From assembly GCA_964392775.1 (NCBI GenBank), contig CAYMRD010000011.1, forward strand, positions 40,410-104,409: a DNA stretch of 64,000 nucleotides, read 5' to 3'. The notes beneath the pieces were generated by a model. The model saw only the letters and a list, made by a program, of their open reading frames with translations, made no database searches and was not told where the DNA came from. The position numbers and the translations under genes are program-made. Shown piece after piece: positions 44,864-54,833 of this stretch (position 1 is its first letter; the number at the start of each line of letters is the position of its first letter). The stretch comes from an uncultured Bifidobacteriaceae bacterium (GTDB lineage: Bacteria; Bacteroidota; Bacteroidia; UKL13-3).

Positions 44864-45214
44864 ATGGCAATGAATATCGATAACTCAAAAGCACAGATGA
44901 AAAAGGGAATACTCGAATTGTGTATTCTAAGCATCATCTCACGTGGTGAAGCGTATGCCTCTGATATTATTGAGGAGCTAAAATCGTCAAAGCTGATTGT
45001 GGTAGAAGGAACCCTGTATCCTTTACTCACCCGGTTGAAAAATGACGGATTGCTCAGTTATCAATGGGTAGAATCTTCGGCAGGTCCGCCCCGGAAGTAT
45101 TTTACGCTTACGCCCGAAGGCGAACAATTTTTAAACGGCCTCAACGATACCTGGTCGGAACTTGTTGAAGCGGTTTCCAATCTTACCCAAAATAATACAC
45201 CAAGCTATGAATAA
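44864..45214 (+). CDS. PadR-family transcriptional regulator
   Basis: Winged-HTH GILELCILSII...GTLYPLLTRLKNDGLL. Start uncertain (44813, 44864 or 44897). Confidence 0.75.
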   Translation: MAMNIDNSKAQMKKGILELCILSIISRGEAYASDIIEELKSSKLIVVEGTLYPLLTRLKNDGLLSYQWVESSAGPPRKYFTLTPEGEQFLNGLNDTWSELVEAVSNLTQNNTPSYE

Positions 45215-47048
45215 AGTTGTAAACATGAACCTCAATGGCATTGTATTCAATATAGATGAATCGGCCTATGAGCAGCTCAAAAAATATCTGGATGGTTTAA
45301 AGACTTATTTCAGCGGACAAGAAGGGGCTGCCGAAATTATTCAGGACATAGAAGCCCGTATTGCTGAACTGCTATTAGAAAAACGTGTCCACAAACATGT
45401 TGTTATAACTGTAACCGACATCTCCGATATTATAGCCATCATGGGCGAACCCGGACAAATGGATGGGGATGCACCGGATAAAGAAGCGGAACAGGAAAAA
45501 GTTCAGGAGCCTGAAAACGATGGATACAAACAATTGCGCAGAGATCCCAACCACAAAACCCTGGGAGGGGTATGTGCGGGTATCGCCAATTATTTCAACA
45601 TCGACATGATGATTCCCCGCATTTTATTTCTGATTGCCTTCTTCATGTTTGGAACCGGTATTTTGGTGTATATCATCATGTGGGTTGTGATCCCGGAAGG
45701 TACCGGAAATGAAACCGAAAATTCTCAAATGCAGGTTAAACGTTTGTTTCGAGATTCGGAAAACAGTCGTATAGGGGGCGTGTGTGCAGGTATTGCCGAA
45801 TACCTGTCGATTGATGCAGTTTGGCTTCGACTCGGATTTTTGATCGCCTTATTTGTATTTGGAACCGGATTTTTAGCTTATATCATCTTGTGGATTGCCA
45901 TTCCTCAGGCCAAAACATCAGCCGAAAAATTACAGATGCGCGGCAATCCTGTGGATGTGTCAAATATCGAGAAGGTGGTGAAAGATGCGATTGGAAAACA
46001 GTCTGCAATTTCCAAACCGGGTGTACTGAGTGAAATCATCCGCATCTTTTTTAAGATCACCTCCAAACTTATTGGTTCCTTTTTGTTGCTTCTGGCTATC
46101 ATACTTCTGGGAAGTGTATTGTTTTTGTGGAATAACTCGTTTGTTGAAATACTCGAGAAACTTGATATCACTTCAATTTACGGGTATTTTGAGTACGGGT
46201 TCGGTATGTTTTGCTTTTCGGTAGCTACACTCATTTTTGTGGTGGGATTGAAGTTTATGTTTCACACCCGCATCAAAATTGGTGTCCTCTCGCTGGTATT
46301 AACGTTTGCTTCTCTTATTGGGTTAGGATTGATGTTGTATTTTGGATTGCAATACAGGAACAGCGTTGCACGCAAAGCAACGGTTAAAGAAAAGGTGATA
46401 CGCACCATTGCTCCCGATACACTGTATATCAAATCAGATATAACCTATGGCGAAGAAGATGAAGATAGTCATGATGTTTCGGTAGCCATCAACAAAAACA
46501 CCGAAAGCCGCAGGTATAAAGTTTCAGGCTCGGTGAATGACTGGGTGAAGGTATTTTACAATACGCGCTTGTCGGTCAGTCCTTCTCAAAAAGATAGCAT
46601 GCAGTTGGTATTGGTGAAAAATGCCCGGGGTAACTCGGATGAAACCGCACAACAAAATGCCCGTGATATCGCTTTTAAATCGGAGTTGACAGGCAATGTA
46701 TTAACGATTGATGCGGGTATTCGCCTCGATCAAAGCAAATCATTCAAATACCAGCAGGTACTGGTTAAGCTGCGTGTACCTGTTGGAACCATCATCAAGG
46801 TTGATAAAACGGTAATGAAAATGATTGACAAACAATACGAAGAAGACTTTGATTTGGGTGAAACGTTTAAGATGACAAGTAAAGGATTGCGTTGTCTGGA
46901 TTGTTTGGATACCGAAGATGATGAAGAGGAAAGGATAAACATTGAATGGAATGTTGATGAAGACGATGGAGAAGTGAATATTAAGATTCGCAAAGAGGAA
47001 AAAAATACCGTAGCGGATTCGGTTACAACGGGAGCTAAAGCAAAATAA
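45207..47048 (+). CDS. PspC-domain membrane protein (two PspC domains plus a large C-terminal beta-rich domain)
   Basis: Two LGGVCAGIANYF... / IGGVCAGIAEYL... PspC domains. Its start overlaps the PadR stop. Confidence 0.7.
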   Translation: MNKVVNMNLNGIVFNIDESAYEQLKKYLDGLKTYFSGQEGAAEIIQDIEARIAELLLEKRVHKHVVITVTDISDIIAIMGEPGQMDGDAPDKEAEQEKVQEPENDGYKQLRRDPNHKTLGGVCAGIANYFNIDMMIPRILFLIAFFMFGTGILVYIIMWVVIPEGTGNETENSQMQVKRLFRDSENSRIGGVCAGIAEYLSIDAVWLRLGFLIALFVFGTGFLAYIILWIAIPQAKTSAEKLQMRGNPVDVSNIEKVVKDAIGKQSAISKPGVLSEIIRIFFKITSKLIGSFLLLLAIILLGSVLFLWNNSFVEILEKLDITSIYGYFEYGFGMFCFSVATLIFVVGLKFMFHTRIKIGVLSLVLTFASLIGLGLMLYFGLQYRNSVARKATVKEKVIRTIAPDTLYIKSDITYGEEDEDSHDVSVAINKNTESRRYKVSGSVNDWVKVFYNTRLSVSPSQKDSMQLVLVKNARGNSDETAQQNARDIAFKSELTGNVLTIDAGIRLDQSKSFKYQQVLVKLRVPVGTIIKVDKTVMKMIDKQYEEDFDLGETFKMTSKGLRCLDCLDTEDDEEERINIEWNVDEDDGEVNIKIRKEEKNTVADSVTTGAKAK

Positions 47049-47172
47049 TGTTCATAACTGCCTTTATTGGCAAGTATTTACGGTTGTTGTATCAAAAACA
47101 TTCTGTAAAACTTGCAAATAAGATTAAAAACACATTATTTGCCAGCACTGGTTTTTTTGAAACATTCCGACA

Positions 47173-47553
47173 ATGACTAAAAAGAAAAAAATAAGACTGG
47201 AGTTCCCGATCAAAGCTTCTCCCGGGTTGCTCTATAATTACCTGAGCACACCTTCGGGTTTGGCTCAATGGTTTTGTGATGACGTTGATATTTATAACGA
47301 CTTCTATAAATTCAAATGGGGCAAGGATGAGCAGGTTGCACAGGTACTTAAAAAATCGGCTAATAAAGGCATTCGTTTTCAGTGGCGCGATGGAGAAGAC
47401 GATGAGTTTTTTGAATTTGAAATTATTCAGGACGAATTAACCGATGATGTTGCTTTAGTGATAACAGAATTTGTGGATCCGTCAGATGAGAAGAATACCT
47501 TCCAGCTCTGGGACAGCCAGATACACGAACTTAAAATGAGTATAGGAGCCTAA
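47173..47553 (+). CDS. START/SRPBCC-like small protein
   Basis: 126 aa. Weak similarity to the START-like domain family common in Bacteroidota. Confidence 0.4.
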   Translation: MTKKKKIRLEFPIKASPGLLYNYLSTPSGLAQWFCDDVDIYNDFYKFKWGKDEQVAQVLKKSANKGIRFQWRDGEDDEFFEFEIIQDELTDDVALVITEFVDPSDEKNTFQLWDSQIHELKMSIGA

Positions 47554-47567
47554 AGGCTCCTTTTTTT
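47545..47567 (+). terminator. Rho-independent terminator (ggagcc-taaa-ggctcc + T7) enclosing the stop codon
   Basis: Direct reading. Confidence 0.65.
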
Positions 47568-48153
47568 ATGCCCATACAAGGGTTTCCATCCATTGCTCAT
47601 ATTGTTTCACCGCAATGCTGTCAAACGTATTGAATGTGTTGATATGGTGAGCAGAGGCCAGTTTAAGGTGGGATTGCTGTTGTAAATACGTTTGAATCTG
47701 TTCTGCCGACAGGTGTTTGAGTTTGGTGAACGCCTCCGATTTACAATCGTGGTTCCATACATCCTGGCCTGTACACAACCTCGTTTTTCGCTTACCTGCA
47801 AGGTTGTGTGCTGTTGCCTCAATATGCAATTGGGCTGTTTGAACAATCAACTGACAACTGATAAAATGTCCCCACCAAAATAGTGTGCGCAATACCAGCT
47901 TAAACTCTTTATCCTGTATTTGCGGGTAATCCAATACCATATACGGCATCAGTTTATAGTTTTCGCCTCTGGTGATTTTATAGTTTTGGTTTCGGTATGA
48001 TGAAGGAATAGCCTCCAACTGACTTAGTTTTTGACCGAGGCCGTTGAATAAAACGTTTGTTTTTTGCATCACCTCGTGTTTTATTTGAGGATAGGAGGAG
48101 GAGGAAGCATAATTGCATTCGTGTTTTGTCAGTTTATTTGCTGATTTTCGCAT
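47566..48153 (-). CDS. Hypothetical protein
   Basis: 195-aa ORF without recognisable motifs. Start could be the internal MQKTNV. Confidence 0.4.
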   Translation of the reverse strand: MRKSANKLTKHECNYASSSSYPQIKHEVMQKTNVLFNGLGQKLSQLEAIPSSYRNQNYKITRGENYKLMPYMVLDYPQIQDKEFKLVLRTLFWWGHFISCQLIVQTAQLHIEATAHNLAGKRKTRLCTGQDVWNHDCKSEAFTKLKHLSAEQIQTYLQQQSHLKLASAHHINTFNTFDSIAVKQYEQWMETLVWA

Positions 48154-48177
48154 CGCTTTAACAAAGGACCAATATCA

Positions 48178-49602
48178 TTGAAAAAACTCAATAAACTTAT
48201 AACCCTTCAGTTTTTCCGGAGTTTTGTGCCCACTTTTTTGGTGGTGCTGTTTATCCTGCTTATGCAGTTTATCTGGTTGTATATTGATGATCTGGCCGGA
48301 AAAGGATTGACATGGTTTACATTGGCCCAGCTGATGTTTTATTTCTCGGCCAGCATTATCCCGCTGGCCATGCCGCTGGCTATTTTGCTGGCTTCCATCA
48401 TGACGTTCGGAAATCTGGGAGAAACCTATGAACTCATCGCAGCCAAATCAGCCGGAGTATCCATTTGGCGTATTTTTCGTCCTATGTTTTATGTGATGTT
48501 TGTGCTGAGTGTGTTTGGCTTTTTTGTATCTAATGTGTTGATTCCTAAAGCCACCCTCAAATACAAAGCCTTACTGTACGATATCAAACAACAAAAGCCT
48601 GCATTGCTCATCAAAGAAGGAATTTTTTACAATGGCATCGAAGGTATCAGCATGCGGGTAGGCGGTAAAAACGCGTCTACCAACGAGTTGCTGGATATTA
48701 TTATTTATGATAACCGCAGCATGAGCGGACACCCCATTGTGATTGTGGCCGAAAGCGGCAGGATGGCCATGAGCGAAGGCGACCGTTATCTGTTTTTTAC
48801 CTTGTATAACGGAGCGCGGTACGAAGAAATGGACAAGCAACAAGGCTACGACCGAACCATGCCACATTCGATGCTTAGCTTTTCGGAAGAAGAAATAGTA
48901 TTTGATATGTATGCCTTTAACCTCAACCGCTCGGATGAGAGCATGTTTAAGGAAGGGTATCAAATGTTGAATGTGATTCAGTTGCAAAACAAAATTGATT
49001 CACTAAAACTGTTAAGTCAAGGTAAAAAAGAAAACGTACAAACGTATTTCAACATGTATTACAAACTCAACGACTCAACCTATGGTAAGTATAAACCTGT
49101 GGTTATGACACCCGAAAAAGACGACCTGTTGAGTGCTGTAACCGGCTCTAAACAATCAATTATAGGCAACGCACTCAATACGGCCCGCACGGTTAAATCG
49201 GTTGTTGATTATACGTCAACAGACGTGTATGAAGTGAATAAACTGGCTGTTAGATATACTATTGAATGGCATAAAAAATATACATTGGCAGTGGCCTGCT
49301 TCATTATGTTTTTCATTGGCGCTCCGCTTGGAAGCATTATCCGTAAAGGAGGTTTTGGTACTCCGGTGGTGGTTTCCATCTTGTTGTATATCGTCTTCCA
49401 TATTATTTCCATTACGGGCGAGAAGATGGCCAAATCGTTTACAGCTACTCCGGCTTCGGGCATGTGGCTGGCCATTATGGTGCTCCTGCCGTTGGGCTTG
49501 TTTTTTACCTATCAGGCCGCCAACGATTCGGGTTTGTTTGACAAGAGCGCTTATGTCAAACTGGTGAACAGAATCAAACGCAAATTTGGTAACAGAGATT
49601 AA
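48178..49602 (+). CDS. LptF/LptG-family LPS export permease
   Basis: YjgP/YjgQ architecture: 3 TM, large periplasmic domain, 3 TM. Confidence 0.75.
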   Translation: MKKLNKLITLQFFRSFVPTFLVVLFILLMQFIWLYIDDLAGKGLTWFTLAQLMFYFSASIIPLAMPLAILLASIMTFGNLGETYELIAAKSAGVSIWRIFRPMFYVMFVLSVFGFFVSNVLIPKATLKYKALLYDIKQQKPALLIKEGIFYNGIEGISMRVGGKNASTNELLDIIIYDNRSMSGHPIVIVAESGRMAMSEGDRYLFFTLYNGARYEEMDKQQGYDRTMPHSMLSFSEEEIVFDMYAFNLNRSDESMFKEGYQMLNVIQLQNKIDSLKLLSQGKKENVQTYFNMYYKLNDSTYGKYKPVVMTPEKDDLLSAVTGSKQSIIGNALNTARTVKSVVDYTSTDVYEVNKLAVRYTIEWHKKYTLAVACFIMFFIGAPLGSIIRKGGFGTPVVVSILLYIVFHIISITGEKMAKSFTATPASGMWLAIMVLLPLGLFFTYQAANDSGLFDKSAYVKLVNRIKRKFGNRD

Positions 49603-49605
49603 TTC

Positions 49606-50808
49606 ATGCGTATCCTGCAACTGTTAAACCGTGTACCGTGGCCCCTTCATGATGGAGGTTCGGTAGGGTATTATAATTTTATCAAAGGATATGCAGAAGC
49701 GGGGTGTGAAGTAACGGTATTGGCCATGAATACCAGCCGCCACAAAGTATCAGCCTTGCCCAAAGAACTTACGGATATTGCCAACTGGCATTTGGTGAAT
49801 GTCGACAATCGCATCAAACCCCTGGATGCTTTCCTGAATTTATTGGGTTCCAAATCATACCATATCCAGCGTTTCGAATCAGTTCCATTTGAAACAAAAC
49901 TTAAAGAACTACTAACCACTCAACAATTTGATGTGGTGGTATTTGAGTCTCTGTTTGTGATGCCTTACTTCAATATGGTATCATCGCAGGCATCAGCCTT
50001 AACCGTGCTGCGCCAGCACAATGTGGAGCATGTTATTTGGAATACCCTTGCCAACCGAACCGTAAACCCAATCAAAAAATGGTATCTGCAATTGTTGGCG
50101 GACCGTCTTAAAATATATGAGCAGCAGGCAATCAATAAGGTTGATGCACTCACAACTGTAACGGCTGAGGATAAACAAATTCTGATGCAACTGGGTTGTA
50201 CCAAACCTGTTCATGTTACCCCGCTGGCCGTTTCCATCAATACCCAAACATCTAAACCAATACCTGCAAGTGTTTTTCATCTTGGCTCGATGGAGTGGAT
50301 GCCCAATGTTGATGGGATTAAGTGGTTTATCAAAGAGGTTTGGCCTCGGGTAGTTTCAGCAGTGCCGGAGGCAGTATTGCACCTGGCCGGGCGCGGTATC
50401 AACTCTGTTTTAACTTCTCATCCTGAGCTTAATATTGTGGTGGACGGAGAGGTGGATGATGCCGCAGCTTATATGAGTGCCCATCAAATCATGGTTGTTC
50501 CCCTGTTTTCGGGAAGTGGCATCCGTGTTAAGATTTTAGAAGGCATGGCAGCAGGTAAGCCCATTGTTTCTACCTCTTTAGGCGCACAAGGCATTCAATG
50601 TACCCATGCCGAAAATATACTGATTGCCGATACGGCTGATACCTTTGCTGAGGCTTTAATCGGCCTCCTTAAACACCCTCAAAAGGCAGAGCAACTGGGA
50701 GAATCAGGCAAAAAGCTTATCCGTGAAACGTATAGCTATCCTAAAGTAATCGGTGAAGTTGTTGATTTTTATCGCATTCAAATCCAAAAGAAGGTTAAGG
50801 ATGTTTAG
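49606..50808 (+). CDS. Family-4 (GT-B, group 1) glycosyltransferase
   Basis: C-terminal E-X7-E-like region with GSGIRVKILEGMAAGKPIVST. Confidence 0.75.
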   Translation: MRILQLLNRVPWPLHDGGSVGYYNFIKGYAEAGCEVTVLAMNTSRHKVSALPKELTDIANWHLVNVDNRIKPLDAFLNLLGSKSYHIQRFESVPFETKLKELLTTQQFDVVVFESLFVMPYFNMVSSQASALTVLRQHNVEHVIWNTLANRTVNPIKKWYLQLLADRLKIYEQQAINKVDALTTVTAEDKQILMQLGCTKPVHVTPLAVSINTQTSKPIPASVFHLGSMEWMPNVDGIKWFIKEVWPRVVSAVPEAVLHLAGRGINSVLTSHPELNIVVDGEVDDAAAYMSAHQIMVVPLFSGSGIRVKILEGMAAGKPIVSTSLGAQGIQCTHAENILIADTADTFAEALIGLLKHPQKAEQLGESGKKLIRETYSYPKVIGEVVDFYRIQIQKKVKDV

Positions 50809-50820
50809 TATATTTGACGC

Positions 50821-51000
50821 ATGAAAGGGCAAGTTAATCATATACAATCAGAGGAAGATAAATTCATTATGCGAATGAATATGTCTTATGAAGAACGTTT
50901 CAGGGCCTTTATGAAAGCATTGCGTTTTAAAGCAAAACTAAAGAAAGCTACAATCATTAAACCTGTTGTGGATGATGAAATGAGTCTGATCAAAAAATAA
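50821..51000 (+). CDS. Possible 59-aa small ORF between GT4 and ribBA
   Basis: ATG to TAA open frame MKGQVNHIQSEEDKF...DDEMSLIKK, basic and helical. No homology could be asserted. Confidence 0.2.
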   Translation: MKGQVNHIQSEEDKFIMRMNMSYEERFRAFMKALRFKAKLKKATIIKPVVDDEMSLIKK

Positions 51001-51015
51001 GAATAATAACAATAC

Positions 51016-52215
51016 ATGAGTTTTCAGTTTAATACCATCGAAGAGGCCATTGAAGATATTCGCAATGGCAAAGTTGTGATTGTTGTGGATGATGAAGACC
51101 GCGAGAATGAAGGAGACTTCCTCACGGCCGCCCGCAATGTAACGCCCGAAGTCATCAATTTTATGGCTACACATGGCAGAGGATTGATTTGTACACCCAT
51201 CACCGGACAACGTTGCGAGGAGCTGGGTTTGAACCTGATGGTGAAAGACAATAATGCTGTTCACGAAACGGCTTTTACGGTTTCCATTGATTTATTGGGC
51301 AAAGGTTGTACTACCGGTATCTCGGCTCACGATCGTGCCAAGACTGTACAAGCCCTGATAGACCCTGACACCAAACCTGAAGAGTTGGGTAAGCCCGGAC
51401 ATATTTTTCCATTGAAGGCACAGGCAGACGGAGTATTGCGAAGAGCAGGACATACAGAAGCAGCCATTGATCTGGCGCGGCTGGCAGGGTTTGAACCGGC
51501 CGGTTGTATAGTGGAAATATTGAATGAAGATGGCAGCATGGCTCGTTTACCTGATTTGATTAAAGTAGCCGAACGTTTTAATCTCAAGCTTGTTACCATC
51601 AAGGATTTGATTGAGTACAGGCTCAAAAATGAATCGCTGGTAAAGCGCATGATTGCAGTGGATATGCCTACCAAACATGGAAACTTTGAGCTCATCGCGT
51701 TTGAGCAAAAAGATACCGGACAAGAACATGTAGCGTTGGTGAAAGGCAAATGGGAACCCAATGAGCCTGTTTTGGTTCGGGTGCATTCATCATGCGTTAC
51801 AGGAGATATTTTTCATTCGATGCGCTGCGATTGTGGCGACCAGCTCGAAAAAGCCATGGAGATGATTGAAGAGGAAGGAAGAGGCGTGGTTATTTATATC
51901 AATCAGGAAGGCCGTGGCATTGGGCTGCTCAACAAACTAAAAGCGTATAAACTACAGGAGCAAGGGTTTGATACGGTTGATGCCAACGTACAACTGGGCT
52001 TTAAACCCGATGAACGTGATTACGGAGTAGGCGCTCAAATGTTGCGCGATATTGGCGTGCACAAAATGCGCCTGATGACCAACAATCCTACCAAACGTGC
52101 AGGCTTAATCGGTTACGGACTCGAGATTATTGAAAATGTGCCGATTCGCGTAACACCCAATCCACACAACAAAAAATACATCGAAACCAAACAAACCCGT
52201 ATGGGACATGATTAG
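51016..52215 (+). CDS. ribBA: Bifunctional DHBP synthase / GTP cyclohydrolase II
   Basis: RibB motif [12 protein letters not shown]. RibA zinc site CDCG and [10 protein letters not shown]. Confidence 0.9.
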   Translation: MSFQFNTIEEAIEDIRNGKVVIVVDDEDRENEGDFLTAARNVTPEVINFMATHGRGLICTPITGQRCEELGLNLMVKDNNAVHETAFTVSIDLLGKGCTTGISAHDRAKTVQALIDPDTKPEELGKPGHIFPLKAQADGVLRRAGHTEAAIDLARLAGFEPAGCIVEILNEDGSMARLPDLIKVAERFNLKLVTIKDLIEYRLKNESLVKRMIAVDMPTKHGNFELIAFEQKDTGQEHVALVKGKWEPNEPVLVRVHSSCVTGDIFHSMRCDCGDQLEKAMEMIEEEGRGVVIYINQEGRGIGLLNKLKAYKLQEQGFDTVDANVQLGFKPDERDYGVGAQMLRDIGVHKMRLMTNNPTKRAGLIGYGLEIIENVPIRVTPNPHNKKYIETKQTRMGHD

Positions 52216-52288
52216 TTCATTCACTTCTTAATACTTCAGTCTTTCTTCTTTTTTCTTAAATCTTTCCTCTTAAATCTTACATCCATCT

Positions 52289-52678
52289 ATGTTATTCCCC
52301 TTTCAGGTCGGCTCAGTCAAAACATTTACCAGATTGGTTGAACTGGCCGATACTGCCGCGTTTGACACAGGGGCTGTGCATCCCGTATATGCAACCTTTG
52401 CGCTGGGGCGCGATGCCGAGTGGGCTTGCCGTTTGTTTGTACTGGATATGAAAGAAGATGAGGAAGAAGGAATCGGAACGTTTCTTAAAATAGAACATGT
52501 ATCACCTGCTTTGCTTGGTCAAACAGTAATATTCGAAGCAACACTTCAATCTGCTATCGGAAATTCTGTAATTTGCAGTTTTACAGCCAAAGTAGGAGAG
52601 CGTTTGGTGGCATTTGGAGAAACAGGACAGAAGATTCTTAGGAAAGAAAAATTAAACGCTATTTTTGGCGCTCTATGA
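52289..52678 (+). CDS. Hotdog-fold thioesterase-family protein
   Basis: 129 aa. Weak FlK/4HBT-like pattern. Confidence 0.4.
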   Translation: MLFPFQVGSVKTFTRLVELADTAAFDTGAVHPVYATFALGRDAEWACRLFVLDMKEDEEEGIGTFLKIEHVSPALLGQTVIFEATLQSAIGNSVICSFTAKVGERLVAFGETGQKILRKEKLNAIFGAL

Positions 52679-53475
52679 ATATCTTAATGAATATAAATTT
52701 ACAAGGAAAAAATGCGCTGGTATGCGGAGCTTCGCGCGGAATCGGAAATGCGATTGCCAAACAATTTGCTGCTTTGGGAGCCAATGTAACGCTGGTGGCA
52801 CGCAACGGTGATTTGCTCGAGCGGCTGATTCGCGATTTGGATACTTCGGCTGGACAGGTGCATGATTTTATTGCTGCCGATTTTAATAAGCCCGATGAAT
52901 TGCGTGAGAAAGTTCAGGCTAAAACACATGAACCTAAAGTATACCATATTCTGGTAAACAATACAGGTGGGCCTCCGGCTGGTTTGGCCATTGATGCCGA
53001 ACTGCATGATTTTACGACTGCGTTTACGCAACATTTATTGTGCAATCAGGTATTGGTGCAAAGTGTGGTGGATGGCATGCGTGCTTCGGGTTACGGCCGT
53101 ATCATCAATATCATTTCTACATCGGTTAAAATTCCGTTGAAAGGGTTGGGTGTGAGCAATAGTATCCGCGGAGCGGTAGCCAACTGGAGCAAAACCTTAG
53201 CAAATGAATTAGGTCAATATGGTATTACCGTAAATAATATTTTACCGGGCGCTACTGCAACCGACAGGTTAACACAAATTATTGAAGGCAAAGCATCCAA
53301 ACAAAACCATAGCATTGATGAGGTGAGCAAAGAAATGACGGATGAAATTCCATTGGGTCGTTTTGCAAAACCAGAAGAACCTGCTTATGCCGCTGCCTTT
53401 TTGGCCAGCGAATATGCCGCATATATAACCGGAATTAATATTCCTGTTGATGGCGGACGAACCGGAAATTTATAA
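52675..53475 (+). CDS. SDR-family oxidoreductase
   Basis: Rossmann motif CGASRGIGNAIA and catalytic NxxS...Y...K spacing. Confidence 0.8.
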   Translation: MNILMNINLQGKNALVCGASRGIGNAIAKQFAALGANVTLVARNGDLLERLIRDLDTSAGQVHDFIAADFNKPDELREKVQAKTHEPKVYHILVNNTGGPPAGLAIDAELHDFTTAFTQHLLCNQVLVQSVVDGMRASGYGRIINIISTSVKIPLKGLGVSNSIRGAVANWSKTLANELGQYGITVNNILPGATATDRLTQIIEGKASKQNHSIDEVSKEMTDEIPLGRFAKPEEPAYAAAFLASEYAAYITGINIPVDGGRTGNL

Positions 53476-53501
53476 ACAACCTTAACCCAAATCAAATACA
53501 C

Positions 53502-54374
53502 ATGAAAAAAATTATTTTAATGCTTGCCATAGCAGCAAGCGTAAGCACACAAGCTCAACAAAGCATTCCATTTCCTCAACCCAGCCCAACGGCAAGTTTC
53601 TCACAAAACTTCGCTACTTCTAAAATTGAAGTAAGCTATTCTCGTCCGGGTGTAAAAGGTCGCAAGGTTTTCGGAGATGTGGTTCCTTTTGGCAAGGTAT
53701 GGCGTACAGGTGCCAACGGTGCAACTACAATCAGCTTTGGTGAAGATGTTCAGGTAAACGGTGCCGATGTAAAAGCCGGAAAATACGGTTTGTTAACGAT
53801 TCCGGGTGAAACTGAATGGACGATTATCATCACCAAAGATTTAAGTGTAACAAGCGAAAGTGCTTATAAACAAGACAATGATGTAACCCGTTTTGCTGTA
53901 AAACCTGCCCGTTTGAATGATATGGTTGAAACATTTACCATTGAAATGGCTAATATTAAAAACAAAGAAGCCGATGTAGTTTTGAAATGGGAAAATACTG
54001 CCGTGAGCTTCAAAGTAGCATCTAACTATGATGCACGTTTGAGCAAACAAATTGAAGATGTTATGGCCAAGGATACTCGCCCTTATTCACAATCTGCAAG
54101 TTATTACCTTGATAACGGAAAAGACCTGAACAAAGCGTTGGTGTGGATTAATATGGCCATCGAATCGAATCCCAAAGCATATTGGAATGTATTGACCAAA
54201 GCTAAAATTCAAAAAGCATTGAAAGATTATGATGGGGCTTTGGCTACTTCTGCTCAATCTTATGAGTTGGCTAAAGCCGCAGGCGATGGTGCCTATATGA
54301 AAAACAATGAGAAGTTTCAGGCCGAGTTAAAAGCATCAGCTGAATACAACGCCACACAAGGTAAAAAGAAATGA
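53502..54374 (+). CDS. DUF2911-like secreted protein with C-terminal TPR-like region
   Basis: Signal peptide present. N-terminal beta domain VSYSRP...WRTGANGATTI. Confidence 0.5.
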   Translation: MKKIILMLAIAASVSTQAQQSIPFPQPSPTASFSQNFATSKIEVSYSRPGVKGRKVFGDVVPFGKVWRTGANGATTISFGEDVQVNGADVKAGKYGLLTIPGETEWTIIITKDLSVTSESAYKQDNDVTRFAVKPARLNDMVETFTIEMANIKNKEADVVLKWENTAVSFKVASNYDARLSKQIEDVMAKDTRPYSQSASYYLDNGKDLNKALVWINMAIESNPKAYWNVLTKAKIQKALKDYDGALATSAQSYELAKAAGDGAYMKNNEKFQAELKASAEYNATQGKKK

Positions 54375-54391
54375 AGAACCATTGAAATAGG

Positions 54392-54433
54392 TTTTTAACC
54401 GAAACGCGTCAGTCCCAAAAGGCTGGCGCGTTT
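54392..54433 (+). terminator. Rho-independent terminator after DUF2911 gene
   Basis: aaacgcgtcag...ctggcgcgtt followed by tttgttttg. Confidence 0.55.
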
Positions 54434-54439
54434 TTGTTT

Positions 54440-54833
54440 TGTAATACTTTGTACACGAAGACACGAAATCTGAATAAAGAGGAAAGGCACTAAGTATTGC
54501 CATCAAAAAAGACACGCCTTGTCCTGATGTTGTAACTGTCACACTGAGTTTATCGAAGTGTGCATAGGTGGGGAATATTCAATTCTTGGCGGGCTCCGGA
54601 GGAGCCTAATCTCTCTATAAAAACCAAACCCAGGGTATTCGCGCTCCGTAGGTGCGCAATCGCAATACAATGTTTTCTGTTTTTTAGAAATAGGAAGAAG
54701 AAAGGTTTCGCTCCTCTGGAGCTCCTGTCTTTTACGTGGTTTAATGGGCTATAGAGATTGACCTCATCAGGAGGCGGATGCTACCATTTAAGCACTCATT
54801 CTTAGTGTTATTAAATTGCTCTTCTCCCGATAG
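54440..54833. repeat. 390-bp non-coding convergent spacer dense in hairpins, carrying a copy of the tttgtacacgaag...acacgaaat repeat family
   Basis: 54447-54480 matches the 18.6-kb repeat arms. Hairpins ggctccggaggagcc, gcgctccgtaggtgcgc, gctcctctggagc, cccgatagttatcggg. Confidence 0.6.

Noticed and set aside
50809-51015. FMN riboswitch expected upstream of ribBA
   Set aside because: No recognisable RFN-element conserved blocks (AGGGCAGGGTGAAA ... CCGAC ... GGATG pattern) in the 207-bp spacer. The spacer is instead occupied by a small ORF.
54560-54754. 64-aa ORF in the convergent spacer
   Set aside because: Lies across multiple hairpins, is Arg/Phe-rich and has no start context. Treated as non-coding.
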